A stretch of DNA of 52,954 nucleotides, the filler included, from Stramenopiles sp. TOSAG23-3 (lineage: Eukaryota): the NCBI GenBank assembly GCA_900128585.1. It is 4 parts of 4 records of this genome, joined end to end, with 100 filler letters (N's around TTAATTAATTAA, not from the genome) between each part and the next. Parts side by side here need not be neighbours in the genome. Positions count along the whole stretch, not along the records: positions 24,407 to 48,703 come from LT642307.1; 3 more parts are not named here. One strand, 5' to 3'. Positions within the stretch are counted from its first letter, which is position 1, and every line of letters starts with the position of its first letter. Below, one piece after another: positions 30,181 through 41,332 of this stretch. The notes beneath the pieces are model-generated. The model was not told where the DNA came from and made no database searches. It was given only the letters and a program-made list of their open reading frames with translations. A program made the position numbers and the translations under genes.

Positions 30181-31467
30181 ATGGCTATGAGTGGGTTTAG
30201 ATTGACGCTCTTGCTCGCGGAGCCGACGCATATCCGCTCCTCGCTCCTTTCTCGGCGTGTCCGGCTTGGGAGACGGAAGGTGAGCCCCAACTGTAGCAGA
30301 TATTTTTCAAGCAATCCTGCGAAAGGAGAAAGTATTGCTAATGCTAGCGGTCAGCCCGTTGGCGCGCCCGCTATGACCCGCGTGAGAAATCGGGGGAAAA
30401 TGACGATAGGAAAACAGCTGAAAATATATTCGCAGCTGTCAAAAGCCCGACTGTCAGCCCTAGTTGTCATGACCACTTCGGCTGGCTTCTTTATGGCGGG
30501 CGCGCCAGTGGGTTGGACTGCCCTTGCGGCTACGTGCGTGGGAACTACTATGGCTGCCTGTTCTGCGAACACGTTTAATCAAGTGTACGAGGTTAAGACG
30601 GATTCTCTCATGAATCGAACTCGTGGGCGGCCGTTGCCTATGGGGAAAATTTCCCGCGCTCATGCAACTGGCTGGGGTGTGGCCACGGGTGTCGCCAGCG
30701 CTGGGCTGTTGACTCTGGGCGCAAACCCTCTTACCGCGGGTCTGGGAATTTTGAACATAGGCTTGTACGCAGGTATATACACTCCGATGAAATTACGTTC
30801 CGAGTGGAACACGTGGGTTGGTGCTATTGTGGGCGCCATCCCCCCCGTCATGGGTTACGCAGCCGTCACGGGGACAATTGCGTCACCAGAATGTGCGCTG
30901 TTAGCGAGCACACTATTTTTGTGGCAATTTCCTCATTTTTTTTCGCTGGCTTGGATTCACAAGAAAGATTATGCGAATGGGGGGTACAAGATGGTGCCCG
31001 TGGCGGATCCAACAGGGGCGAGGACCGCAAGGTTGGTAGAAAGGTATGCGGCGTACATGATCCCTCTGCCCATCATTTCTTCGGCGATGGGAGTCACGTC
31101 GTACATGTTCGCCGTCGAGTCTTTAGTTGTGAATGGGTATGCGTACATGTTGGCACGAAAATTTGCGGAGAACCCGGACAAAGAAAGTGCCCGGGCCGTT
31201 TTCAAAGCGTCACTTTGGTACCTTCCTGTTATGTTATCCCTAATGGTTTTTCATAGCAAGAATTGGAAGAATGATGAACCGGAGACACCAGCCATAATTA
31301 CTAGTGCAAAACAGACCTTGAAAACCGCGTGCCCTCATGAGGCAATCTACGGCGCAGAGCAACAACAGCCTGAGACGATAGAAGCGGGCGTTGCTGGGGC
31401 AGAGAGGAGTAGTTCTTCGGCAGCATTTTGTCCGATACCAGGGAAAATCAAATACGAAGAGAAGTAG
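30181..31467 (+). CDS. COX10: Protoheme IX farnesyltransferase (heme O synthase), mitochondrial
   Basis: LSKARLSALVVMTT, ANTFNQVYEVKTDSLMNRTRGRPLP, YTPMK...NTWVGAIVGAIPPVMG, LWQFPHFFSLAW...DYANGGYKM; R/S-rich presequence. Confidence 0.96.
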   Translation: MAMSGFRLTLLLAEPTHIRSSLLSRRVRLGRRKVSPNCSRYFSSNPAKGESIANASGQPVGAPAMTRVRNRGKMTIGKQLKIYSQLSKARLSALVVMTTSAGFFMAGAPVGWTALAATCVGTTMAACSANTFNQVYEVKTDSLMNRTRGRPLPMGKISRAHATGWGVATGVASAGLLTLGANPLTAGLGILNIGLYAGIYTPMKLRSEWNTWVGAIVGAIPPVMGYAAVTGTIASPECALLASTLFLWQFPHFFSLAWIHKKDYANGGYKMVPVADPTGARTARLVERYAAYMIPLPIISSAMGVTSYMFAVESLVVNGYAYMLARKFAENPDKESARAVFKASLWYLPVMLSLMVFHSKNWKNDEPETPAIITSAKQTLKTACPHEAIYGAEQQQPETIEAGVAGAERSSSSAAFCPIPGKIKYEEK

Positions 31468-31705
31468 CTTCGCGTAACCAGACTGGTCCGTGCCTTGTGT
31501 AGTAGAGAAGCGCACAATGCCAAGAGTCGTAGAGTAGAATAATCAACATATGATAACACTGCGTAATTCGTAAGTTAGTAAAGTACTTCATATGATACCT
31601 AAATAATTAACCTAACATAAATAAAAACAAGAAAATTGTTTTTCTTATGATAACATAACATATTGTTATGCAATATTCTTCATAACTTATGTCATAATCT
31701 CTGAT

Positions 31706-34700
31706 TCACTGATTCATTTCTCCCCTCATGCGCTCAAGTGCACGTTTTAATGCGTCCACATCGACCTCTCCACCTGCCGTCCGGTCAGAAACCACCAATT
31801 GCGCAGCTTTCTCCAACGCGGCATTGCCCCCAGCGACCAAAATTTTCGGGTCTAAATCAAAACCATCGTCAAATGATACGGGCATCCTAGACCATGCCGC
31901 GCCCATTTTCGTTCGGCTTGGGCTTGGGCGTGCCCTCGACGATACACGCTTTACGACAGGGCTTCCGGGCACGGTGCTTTCCATGGCAGGCGCGGTGCTT
32001 TCCATGGCAGACGCGGTGCTTTCCATGGCAGACGCGGTGCTTTCCATGGCAGACGCGGGGTGAGTGCTGCTGTTCCTGGTCGATCCTGTGGAAGGGGCGT
32101 TGGATAGACTGAGTTGGTTCTTATTTTCAGTTCTTGCTCTCGCTAGAAGACTTGCATAAAATTCATCTTCCCGTTCATAATCATACTTTCTACTCGATGG
32201 TCTGGTGCTGTGGCCGGACGTAATTTGGGGCGGCTTCTGGCGTGCACCTGGCAAGTTTACTTCGTGGGTTGCCAGGCTTAAAGGTGCTTGAAACAATACT
32301 CCCATTATTTTTTCCCGTGGAGACGGTCGCGACGCCGAACGTTTTGGGGAGGTCGGCCTCTCCCTGTTTTTCTTTTTCTTTCCCGAGGGCAGTCCCTCTT
32401 TCGACACCCATGGGCTTTTCTTTGAACCGATTTTCTGTGCCAGCAGGTCCGAAGGCCGCTTTGAACTACTTTGGTTTTGGGTGAGCTTTGGGGAGGATGT
32501 TTGCAGCCCCGCTTGTGCATGCCTCACATTAATAACCAATTCGTTTATTATTGCCACTTGAATGCCGTGCTCTATTTCGTTTTCTTCTAAGCCAATGGTT
32601 TGTATCGTCCGGTTCTTCGCTATGGCATCTTTCAGCATTCTACCCCCAGACCCCCCTATCTGGTTGCCTTTCAAATACAAGTGTTTCAACGTTTTGTTTG
32701 TGGCAAGAACTTTAGCAAACTCTTTTACTGCACCCAAGTCTAGACTGAAGCGATGCGTATCCAATGCGAGCATATTGTTGGATATGTCCAACATGGTCAA
32801 GCTGGAATTTTGCTTCAACGACTTTGCAAGAGCAGTACCACCGCGTGCTCCAAGCTTGTTCTCGTCCAACCACAGCAGCTGCAGCTGCGATGCATTTGCC
32901 AGCGCTCGCGCGAGCACAGTCGTTCCTTCCGGCCCTAGGTTGTTCCCGCCCAAATCGAGCGACGTAAGCGTCCGTTTCGCTCCCCACCGCTCCGATATTA
33001 CTGCATCTGCAAACACCCGCCCAGTGCTTGAGTTGAGACAGTTTCGCGCAAGGGAAACGGTCTCCAGGTGTTGTGAGGCCCGAAAAGCGTTGCTCATGCA
33101 CCATGCAGTATCAAATTTATTCCCGGAAAAATTGACCTGGACAAGCGGTGCTTCCGTATTTTTGGCGATTGCTGTCCACACCATCGAGCCCCCATCATTC
33201 GTAAGCAAGTTGTCTTCGGCACTAAAAACGCGCAGATGTTTTGAGTCCTGCACGCACGTTGCAATCGCATGCGCAGCACTATCCCCTATCTCATTCCGAT
33301 TCAATAAAAGATCTTCTATAGTGGCTACTCGCCGCAACGCTTGAAATATCGCGTTGGCGCCAACGCTCCCGATGTAATTTTCTGAGAAATTGAAATGTTT
33401 TAGTGCAAAACAGTTTCTCAGCGCAGAGGCTAAACTGGTGGCGCCTGCTTTGCCAATACCCATTGCAGACAAATCTAACTTTACCAACGATTTTTCGCGC
33501 AACGAGATCCCTTCCACTAAACTAAGGAGAGCCCCATGGGTCATCGTGTTTCTGTTTTTTGCCGCATTTCGTGGGACATCATTGGAGTGAAACATAAATT
33601 CACTGATATTTAAATGATTGTTTTCAGCAAATACTTTCATGAAGTATTCCCTGCCGTCCGATGGGGTGCACAATCCACTTATATTTAGATTTTGTAAAGC
33701 CGGGGCGGTACAAAACGATTTGGCCAGTTCAAGGGATGCTAGCGACGACAGTGTGCTGTCAGACAAGTCCAGCCGCGTAAGGGTCTGCGAAGATCCTATT
33801 GCCGAAGCAAGCTCTGAAGCAGACGACCCCTTTGATTTACGCGTTTTTGTTTTCGCTGGGCTTGGAAATTCGCATTTTATCAGTTTTATTGTTTCCAGGG
33901 AATCACTTAAGCGTATCAAGGTCGCAATGGCTGGAATTAGCAGCGGAGAAGCCCGTCGGTTTGACTTTATGACTTCCACAGTTTTCAGAGTCTCGCACTT
34001 TGGCGCTGCAACCGACAAAATATGAATCAAACACTGGCGGTGCATTGCACGGGTGGACTTATCAGAGCACGCGGCAAGGAGACTCAAAGTCACTAACCGT
34101 GCGGTGCCAAAATTTCTGCTATCTAATGACTCCGAAAGTTTGCTCAATCCACTAGCAACACCGCTCAACCGATCGAAGGGGAATTGCGACTTGATGGTTA
34201 GCTCTTGGATCCTTGGGTTTGCCTTTAGAATATCACCGATTCGCTCTAGTACCGCCCCACTGTACTTTATTTCTAACTTCGTTATGCTGCCTGCTCGCAT
34301 CAACAACTCCGTCAGCACGTCATTTTCGTCCAACCCCCACTTCTTTAACGTTTTAAACGCGCTAGCTCTTAACGCGTGCGGGCACACTAGGCTTGCGCTT
34401 TGTATCGACGTGTCTCCGGTGCGAATTTTGTGTATTAGTACGCCGTTGGTCATCAAGAGCGCATCTTGCTTCAATCTCAGTACCTTCGGTTGCTTGACGG
34501 TACACAAAAAGAAACGATAAAAATGGATCCAGCAAGTATCAATCCCCGTATACGGTGTTGACATGTAGGCCCCAGTGATGTCATGAGATAAATGTGCTTC
34601 ATCCGCAATAAGCTCATATGGCCCGTGCACCTGTAATGCTACAAATCTGTCCCACAAATGAAAATCGGACGACGCTTTGCACGCATTTTCAACCCACTGC

Positions 34701-35632
34701 ACGTCCGCATTCAACTTTGACAACAGAGTAAAGGTAGCCCCGTTAGATGTCCCTTTCGGGGCAACCCCGCGGGGGATAACAAAAAGCGGCTGGTGCGCGC
34801 TAACTGAAGCAGCAACATCTCCACTGCGTCTTTTCTGAAAATTAGACCTTACTCCGCTGGTTTCCCTAAAAAAACTCCCGGGCTGAATAATGTTCCCCCG
34901 GCTGTCTTCTTGTAAAAGGGAAGAAGCGATCGAAACATTAGATACCGATTTTGAAAGTGCAATGGACCCCGTAGCAGACTCTTCCGCATGGATTAGCATT
35001 GACGAATCTTGACGCCGTGCACTTCCCACTGCGCTACCCCTGTTTGAGAACTCGTCGTCGTCGTCCCCAAATACCTCGCTGTCGCTCTTCTGACTGTCGC
35101 TATATTTCCGTTTCGGTGTCGTTGAAAGTTTTGTAGATACGTTGGGGACCCGCACGGGCTGCCCAGAGATTCGCCGCCGGGTTACCCTCGGTGGGGAATG
35201 AATTCCACAAGGGGCGGAGGCTTCTTCGTCCGAGGATGACAAGTTTGGAAAGACTGGGGGAATTTTTCGGCCCAGAATGTTTGAAACCCTGGCTTGCGGC
35301 GCAGGAGGGGGTCCTTCTTCTTCGACTACTATTGTTGGTTGAACCTCGTGGTTCTGCCGAGAGTCGGACGGCCCGACAACGCTGGCGTGGGAAAGGTTCT
35401 TCCCCCGCTTCGCAGAACTTCGACTCTTTAAACGCGTTGCTGTGCTGTTGTACCTTTCCCTTCGTCTGACTTTGCTCAAATCACCACTGCTCTCTTCCCT
35501 CGAAGGCCGAGGGACCATAATCTTTGCTATTTGTTTTTTCTTTTTTGCCGTCCCCTTCTTCTTCTTCTTCTTGGTTCCACGCAGGGGCGGCGGCGGCCTT
35601 GTCCCGTCGTGGCCGACGCCACGGTTAAACAT
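31706..35632 (-). CDS. RNI-like leucine-rich-repeat protein (NLRC3-like LRRs) with disordered termini
   Basis: About 28-aa repeats such as LVKLDLSAMGIGKAGATSLASAL, LTSLDLGGNNLGPEGTTVLARAL, LQLLWLDENKLGARGGTALAKSL, LKHLYLKGNQIGGSGG. Confidence 0.88.
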   Translation of the reverse strand: MFNRGVGHDGTRPPPPLRGTKKKKKKGTAKKKKQIAKIMVPRPSREESSGDLSKVRRRERYNSTATRLKSRSSAKRGKNLSHASVVGPSDSRQNHEVQPTIVVEEEGPPPAPQARVSNILGRKIPPVFPNLSSSDEEASAPCGIHSPPRVTRRRISGQPVRVPNVSTKLSTTPKRKYSDSQKSDSEVFGDDDDEFSNRGSAVGSARRQDSSMLIHAEESATGSIALSKSVSNVSIASSLLQEDSRGNIIQPGSFFRETSGVRSNFQKRRSGDVAASVSAHQPLFVIPRGVAPKGTSNGATFTLLSKLNADVQWVENACKASSDFHLWDRFVALQVHGPYELIADEAHLSHDITGAYMSTPYTGIDTCWIHFYRFFLCTVKQPKVLRLKQDALLMTNGVLIHKIRTGDTSIQSASLVCPHALRASAFKTLKKWGLDENDVLTELLMRAGSITKLEIKYSGAVLERIGDILKANPRIQELTIKSQFPFDRLSGVASGLSKLSESLDSRNFGTARLVTLSLLAACSDKSTRAMHRQCLIHILSVAAPKCETLKTVEVIKSNRRASPLLIPAIATLIRLSDSLETIKLIKCEFPSPAKTKTRKSKGSSASELASAIGSSQTLTRLDLSDSTLSSLASLELAKSFCTAPALQNLNISGLCTPSDGREYFMKVFAENNHLNISEFMFHSNDVPRNAAKNRNTMTHGALLSLVEGISLREKSLVKLDLSAMGIGKAGATSLASALRNCFALKHFNFSENYIGSVGANAIFQALRRVATIEDLLLNRNEIGDSAAHAIATCVQDSKHLRVFSAEDNLLTNDGGSMVWTAIAKNTEAPLVQVNFSGNKFDTAWCMSNAFRASQHLETVSLARNCLNSSTGRVFADAVISERWGAKRTLTSLDLGGNNLGPEGTTVLARALANASQLQLLWLDENKLGARGGTALAKSLKQNSSLTMLDISNNMLALDTHRFSLDLGAVKEFAKVLATNKTLKHLYLKGNQIGGSGGRMLKDAIAKNRTIQTIGLEENEIEHGIQVAIINELVINVRHAQAGLQTSSPKLTQNQSSSKRPSDLLAQKIGSKKSPWVSKEGLPSGKKKKNRERPTSPKRSASRPSPREKIMGVLFQAPLSLATHEVNLPGARQKPPQITSGHSTRPSSRKYDYEREDEFYASLLARARTENKNQLSLSNAPSTGSTRNSSTHPASAMESTASAMESTASAMESTAPAMESTVPGSPVVKRVSSRARPSPSRTKMGAAWSRMPVSFDDGFDLDPKILVAGGNAALEKAAQLVVSDRTAGGEVDVDALKRALERMRGEMNQ
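31972..32058 (-). repeat. In-frame 21-bp tandem repeat, 4 copies (ASAMEST)
   Basis: Unit CGGTGCTTTCCATGGCAGACG starts at 31972, 31993, 32014, 32035; one copy has a single substitution. Confidence 0.92.
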
Positions 35633-36392
35633 ACTTTACAGGGTGCTGCTACCTCACAACTGCTTCACCCTCTTCAGAAAAATACCAAATATGACAAATA
35701 GCGCTTCTATTTTTTGGGGGGGGGGCTTTACATTACGCAATCAATGTCGAAAACAAAAAATGTTTATCACTTCTTTTTTTTATTAATAATAATAATAATA
35801 ATATTTTACATATTATACAACAACATAACAACAACATCAAAAAAAAGGAAGAAGAGATGATTATTGATGATGATGCATGAAGAAGTGTGGTGAGCTAGTC
35901 GTCTAATATAGACTAATAATATTGTAATAAAAATATAAGTTAAAGAAGAATATAATAACGGCGGCAGGCGGCAAGAAAAGAAAATAAAGAAGAAAGGAGG
36001 AGAGAGAAAGAAGGCAAAAAAAGAGGTGGAATTGAATTTTCAATACACAATACTTTTATTATTGTATTATAAATTTAATATTAATATTAATAGTCTACTG
36101 TAATACTTAATAATTTTTATATTTAGATAGGAAGAAGATATTCCTCATATATTTAGAAGAAGAAGAAGAAGAAGAAGAAGAAGAAGAAGAAGAAGAAGAA
36201 GAAGAAAGAAGAAGAAGAGGAAGAAGAGAAAAGAAGAAGAAGAAGAAGAAGAAGAACTAATAATATTAAAGAAAAAAATTTGTTGATTTTGGAGGAGGAT
36301 GATGATATTAATATGATGAATGATCATTTTTATTATTTATTATTATAGCTTATTATTATAGTTACCGCAACAAATCTGTTTCCATCATCCTT

Positions 36393-37079
36393 TTACAATT
36401 CGCTGTATTCATCACCATCAACGGCTAAATTTCTAGAGGTGTTCTCGTTAAAGACTACTTCGTTTTCATACGAAAATGCTAAGCGTTGCGCCTTCCGGCG
36501 ATCTAACATTATTTTCGTCACTCTTCCGAAAACCCAAAAGCTACGGAAACACAACAGGATCGTTTCAAGGAACATAAAAAAGGTAACTCCATCCGAATCC
36601 GACGATTTCGGCAGGATAAACCCTAATATAAGGCTGGAGAGGCATAATATCGTCAAAACGCAGTCCCAGTAGTTCGAACACTTGTCAAAAAATGTGTCCG
36701 CCGTAGCAATATAGCGAATGGTCACTTCAATTGTTAACGAGATAACCAACACGGCGTCGAGCGCAAGCAGCACAGGGTGTCGGCTTTCTCCGTGGCGAGA
36801 GTCCGAGCTCCGGTTCGAAACTTCTATAAAGTCGACAAGACTCCAGATGAGCACCAGCCCACTCAGCAAAAGCATAAAAAAATAGAATCCTAAATACCCC
36901 TTCGTATACATCACTCTACTTGCAAACGTGTGGTACCATTCCTTGTTGACCCTCTCCACCGTGGACTGTCTCCCCTCTTCTTCCGGGAGCCTCCACTCCT
37001 CCAAATTCATTGTATCTTCTTGGACTTCTGCAGTCGAACCGTCACCACTATTACTCACGGTGCCGTACTTCGTTTCCAT
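36393..37079 (-). CDS. Stand-alone four-TM voltage-sensor-like (Ion_trans S1-S4) protein
   Basis: Four hydrophobic segments; S2 LDAVLVISLTIEVTIRY, S3 SNYWDCVLTILCL, S4-like LLCFRSFWVFGRVTK; no pore domain. Confidence 0.7.
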   Translation of the reverse strand: METKYGTVSNSGDGSTAEVQEDTMNLEEWRLPEEEGRQSTVERVNKEWYHTFASRVMYTKGYLGFYFFMLLLSGLVLIWSLVDFIEVSNRSSDSRHGESRHPVLLALDAVLVISLTIEVTIRYIATADTFFDKCSNYWDCVLTILCLSSLILGFILPKSSDSDGVTFFMFLETILLCFRSFWVFGRVTKIMLDRRKAQRLAFSYENEVVFNENTSRNLAVDGDEYSEL

Positions 37080-37269
37080 CCAACGTAAAAATCGCCCAGA
37101 TAAACTGAATAGTTTTGATCAATACGTATTTTATTGTATGTATTTCTTTTCAAATATTCTATAGCATCATTCTTTTAATTAGTCGTATTAACACAAATCT
37201 AATGAATTCAGTATATAATATGCTGCCGACGACCCAGCAGCAGACGACAACAACAGAACAACAGAACAC

Positions 37270-37413
37270 GAAGAAGAAGAAGAAGAACAACAGAACACGA
37301 AGAAGAAGAAGAAGAAGAAGAAGAAGAAGAAGAAGAAGAAGAAGAAGAAGAAGAAGAAGAAGAAGAAGAAGAAGAGGGAAAAGAAAGAAGAAGAAAGAAG
37401 AAGAAGAAGAAGA
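37270..37413. repeat. (GAA)n microsatellite with a long perfect core
   Basis: Uninterrupted GAA run about 37299-37375. Confidence 0.92.
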
Positions 37414-37757
37414 AAAGTGTGTGAACTGAAAGTCCGTCCGCCGGCCGTGATGTGATTATATGATGAGAAATGAGAAGAAGGAATAATACGAAATATTATC
37501 CTCGCTCGGATTTTTTTTTATAATAATAATATGTTTTTAATAATCCTCCTCCTCCTATTATTAATTATTAAATTTTTTATTATATTATTATTTAAAAAGT
37601 ACTGAAGCGTTGACATGTACAAATGTTTCATTTCTTGCTCCTTTTTTTGATTAGGTAATGATAGTATTTTGTGACTTACGGAAAAAGTAACAAATAGTTG
37701 TGAAATTGGTGTCTTTTGTTTGTTTTTTTGTTCGTTTGTTTATAGTTGTCGGAAAGA

Positions 37758-38069
37758 ATGCCGTGTTATCAACTTTTGACTGCGCTTCGACCGGTTGGGA
37801 AGCAGCAGGTGGAAAACATTGTAAAGAAAGCTTCGAGTTCGATTCTTAAAGATGGGGGCGTGATTAAACGCATTCACCGGACCGATGAGATTAGGTTCCC
37901 GTTTACATTTAGTGGGAAGCAAGTAGGGGAGAAACACACGAAAGGGCGTTGGATCACCATAGATATGGTTACCTCCGTTCAAAACATGAAGGAAGTGGAA
38001 AGTCAACTCAAGATATCTGACGACGTGTTGCGCTTTTCGACGCGGAAAACATCGCCCACCTTGATTTAA
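37758..38069 (+). CDS. MRPS6: Mitochondrial ribosomal protein bS6m
   Basis: MPCYQLLTALRP...ILKDGGVIKRI...FPF...HTKGRW...LKISDDVLRF; 103 aa, typical of the S6 family. Confidence 0.85.
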   Translation: MPCYQLLTALRPVGKQQVENIVKKASSSILKDGGVIKRIHRTDEIRFPFTFSGKQVGEKHTKGRWITIDMVTSVQNMKEVESQLKISDDVLRFSTRKTSPTLI

Positions 38070-38773
38070 ACCCCGTACCCTTTTTGTTGGCCTCGAAAGT
38101 GGGGGTCTTTGTGGTTAAATATCATATTTTTGTAGATAAAAAACTTCTTAAATCGTATCAGTCTTCAAACAAACAATCGAAATCTCTCTCTTAAATAACA
38201 TGAAAATCTACGAAGTCTCCTCTCTCTATTTTCTCATCTCATTATCAATAGTGTGTTGGTGCTGTTTTCGATATCATTACTTATAATAGTATTCATGTAT
38301 ACTGTTATAATTATTGTCCTATCAATACTTTCCTTCAGAATTGATGGTCAGCAATTGTTGAGGAAGAAATTGAGGACAATTTTTCTACTTGTTTACTTTT
38401 TATACATTATAAGGAAGATGTAATATTATTATGAGGTATTAGTATAGGTTATGTGAATAGTATTTAAATATATCTAATATATTATTTACCTTAAATAATT
38501 ATCGGAAGTAGTTTCGCAACCCGACGAAGAAGGAGGAAGAAAAGAATGAAGAAGAAGAAGAAGAGGAAGAAGAAGACGACCATAAAAAAATACAATACAA
38601 AGGATGAAACATTGTGAAATAGTCTACGTATAGAAAGAAAGACCAAACAAACAGTTTTAAAACTCACGAAATGCGTGTGTGTTCAAAGAAACAAATACAA
38701 TAACTGCTGTTTGTGTGTGTGTGCCTGTGTAAATATAGTGCAAAAAGGGAACATTCTACATTAAATTAAAACA

Positions 38774-41332
38774 ATGCCATCGTTGGAAGCTTCCCTCACG
38801 GGGGTGGACCCCGACATTGACGGTACAGTGGAAATGTCGGGGCCCGCTGGGGACTCAGTGTCTAAGCCTAAAAAGAGCCACAAGAAAAAGAAGGTTGGGT
38901 TTCATTCGATGGGGCTATCTAAGAAGGTACTGAGTGGGGTAATGCGCATTGGGTTCAAAATGCCCACTCCTATTCAGCGGAAGACCATTCCGTTGTCTCT
39001 GGGGGGGCACGACATGGTCGCTATGGCTCGCACGGGGTCAGGGAAGACGGCGGCGTTCGTTGTACCGCTGTTGGAAAAGCTTGAAAAGCATAGTTTGACT
39101 GTGGGTGTCCGCGGTGTGGTCCTTAGTCCGACCCGTGAATTAGCCTCGCAAACGATGAAAGTGTCGCAGCAGCTTGCCCACTTTACTGACTTACGATTTT
39201 GCCTAATTGTCGGCGGGGACTCCATCCACGCACAGTGGGGTGCGCTGAGCGACAACCCCGACATCATAATCGCCACTCCAGGTAGGCTGGTTCACCACTT
39301 GGCGGAAGTTGACGATTTTAAGCTGAGCAGAGTTGAAATGATCGTAATTGATGAAGCCGATCGTTTGTTTGAATTGGGTTTTGCCGAGCAGATCCAAGAT
39401 CTCATGAACGCGGTTCCCCCGTCAAAGCAGACACTCCTCTTCAGTGCAACCTTGCCAAAAAGGTTGGTCGATTTTGCCAGTGCCGGGCTCAAAGAACCGA
39501 GACTGATTCGTTTGGATACAGACATAAAGATCAGTGAAGAATTGCGCCTCGGGTTCTTTAACGTCCGATTAGAGGAAAAGCCGGCAGCGTTGCTTTACCT
39601 GTTGAGGGATGTAATACCTGCGGAACAGCAAACGATCGTCTTTTTTGCGACAAGGTTCCACGTAGAATACTTGGGGGCGTTGCTCAATTTGCAAGGAATG
39701 AAGTGTTCCATGATTTACGGTAGCATGGACACGCAGGCTCGATCAAACGCCTTGGTAGCGTTCCGCTTGAAGAAAGTGAAAATTCTACTGGTCACGGACG
39801 TTGCTAGCCGTGGTATTGACATACCACTCTTAGACAATGCCGTTAATTACGACTTTCCTACGAAACCAAAGATTTTTGTCCATCGAGTCGGGCGTGTTGC
39901 CCGGCAGGGTCGAGTAGGAACCGCTGTCTCGATTGTAAGTAAGGACGAAGTGGCGTACATGCTGGATTTAATGATGTTTGTCGGCAGGGACCCAAAGAAT
40001 GCAGCAGGGATGGGACCTGCGAATGACGTGACTGATAAGATCGAGAATGATCGGAAGGATATACCTGAGTCTTCCTGCGCACGGTACGAATGGCGAAACA
40101 TGACCAAGGATTCTGTCCATTACGGGACGTTTCCGCAACGAATGGTAGACACAGAGGCAGAGTGGGTCTCGAAACAGGTCAAAGACAACGTCGACGTGTG
40201 GAATTTGCACAACTCGTCGAACAATGCGTACCAAGCGTTTCACAAAACCAGGGGTGACCCGTCGCTGCTCTCTATAAAGAAGTCTAAATTGATGCCCCTT
40301 GCTTTGGTGCACCCCCTGCTCCGCCATTTGTGCGACTCAAACGAGCAGGTCGTTAGTAACATGAAAAACCAAATCCGAAATTTTAGACCCTCGCTAACGA
40401 TATTTGAAGTTGATGCCGCCAAAAATGGCCAAAAGCGTCCGGACTCTTTGCTGAACAAACGGGCGGCTCACGATAACATTATTCGCAAAAGGTTTCAGAA
40501 GAGGACTGTCGTTCAAAGCGAACCTCTTGGGGTGGAGGATGAAGTGGGGGCACGGAAGCGAAAACCAGCGTTTAACTTTTCGGTTCCGGCCGCAGGGCCG
40601 ACGATAGTAACAAAAAAGCGAGTCTCGAAGCGCTCGAAGAAGAAGGGCACCGGGTCGGCGCAGAGCAACGCACGGGACTCCCAAGCGTCCTACAAAGACC
40701 ACGATCATTTCATCGAAATGCAACCAAGTGATACCCTGTCTGAAGCCGGGTACCAAGTGAACAGTGACAAAATTACCAGGTTGCAAGACGCCTCGTTTGA
40801 TTTAGGGGATGATGAGAAAATACATGACGCGAACAAGCGAATTCAATATTGGGATAGAAAGAAGAAGAAATACATCAAACTGGGGCTGAACGATATCGAC
40901 GAAATGGGCAACCGAAAGAAGTCGAGCATGAAAAATGGGCCTGGGAAGAACGCGCCAAAGAAGAAAACCCTAGCGGACCACTACCAGAAATGGAAGAAAG
41001 ATTCAAACCGGCAGATCACCCGGAACGGAATGATGGAAGACTCCTCCCAACCTGCTGCCCAGTACAAAGCGGACTGGCGTGGGGGGCACAAGACCGCGAA
41101 AAGAAAGATTGCACAAAATTTAGAGCACGCGCCCATGGTGAAGAAGCGCAAGAAGGGGGAACGCAGAGCTCACAATGAATTGAAGGGTTCCGCTGAGATG
41201 AAGGCGAAAAAGCGCAAGGAAGATAGAAAGACAATGTTGCGAAATCCTAAAAAGAAGAGAATGAAAAAATTAGGACCAACAACGCCAAGGCCAAGCAAAC
41301 GGAAACCAATATATGGCAATTTTCGAATCTAA
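38774..41332 (+). CDS. DDX54: DEAD-box RNA helicase DDX54/DBP10
   Basis: PTPIQRKTIP, MARTGSGKTAAF, DEADRLFELGF, LLFSATLP, IRLDTDIKIS, TDVASRGIDIPLLD, HRVGRVARQG, DBP10CT-like WDRKKKKYI. Confidence 0.95.
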   Translation: MPSLEASLTGVDPDIDGTVEMSGPAGDSVSKPKKSHKKKKVGFHSMGLSKKVLSGVMRIGFKMPTPIQRKTIPLSLGGHDMVAMARTGSGKTAAFVVPLLEKLEKHSLTVGVRGVVLSPTRELASQTMKVSQQLAHFTDLRFCLIVGGDSIHAQWGALSDNPDIIIATPGRLVHHLAEVDDFKLSRVEMIVIDEADRLFELGFAEQIQDLMNAVPPSKQTLLFSATLPKRLVDFASAGLKEPRLIRLDTDIKISEELRLGFFNVRLEEKPAALLYLLRDVIPAEQQTIVFFATRFHVEYLGALLNLQGMKCSMIYGSMDTQARSNALVAFRLKKVKILLVTDVASRGIDIPLLDNAVNYDFPTKPKIFVHRVGRVARQGRVGTAVSIVSKDEVAYMLDLMMFVGRDPKNAAGMGPANDVTDKIENDRKDIPESSCARYEWRNMTKDSVHYGTFPQRMVDTEAEWVSKQVKDNVDVWNLHNSSNNAYQAFHKTRGDPSLLSIKKSKLMPLALVHPLLRHLCDSNEQVVSNMKNQIRNFRPSLTIFEVDAAKNGQKRPDSLLNKRAAHDNIIRKRFQKRTVVQSEPLGVEDEVGARKRKPAFNFSVPAAGPTIVTKKRVSKRSKKKGTGSAQSNARDSQASYKDHDHFIEMQPSDTLSEAGYQVNSDKITRLQDASFDLGDDEKIHDANKRIQYWDRKKKKYIKLGLNDIDEMGNRKKSSMKNGPGKNAPKKKTLADHYQKWKKDSNRQITRNGMMEDSSQPAAQYKADWRGGHKTAKRKIAQNLEHAPMVKKRKKGERRAHNELKGSAEMKAKKRKEDRKTMLRNPKKKRMKKLGPTTPRPSKRKPIYGNFRI

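Noticed and set aside
31972..32058. 21-bp repeats as a CRISPR or regulatory array
   Set aside because: No spacers; an in-frame coding tandem repeat within a disordered region.
31706..35632. NLR immune receptor
   Set aside because: LRRs are present but I see no NACHT/NB-ARC Walker A motif.
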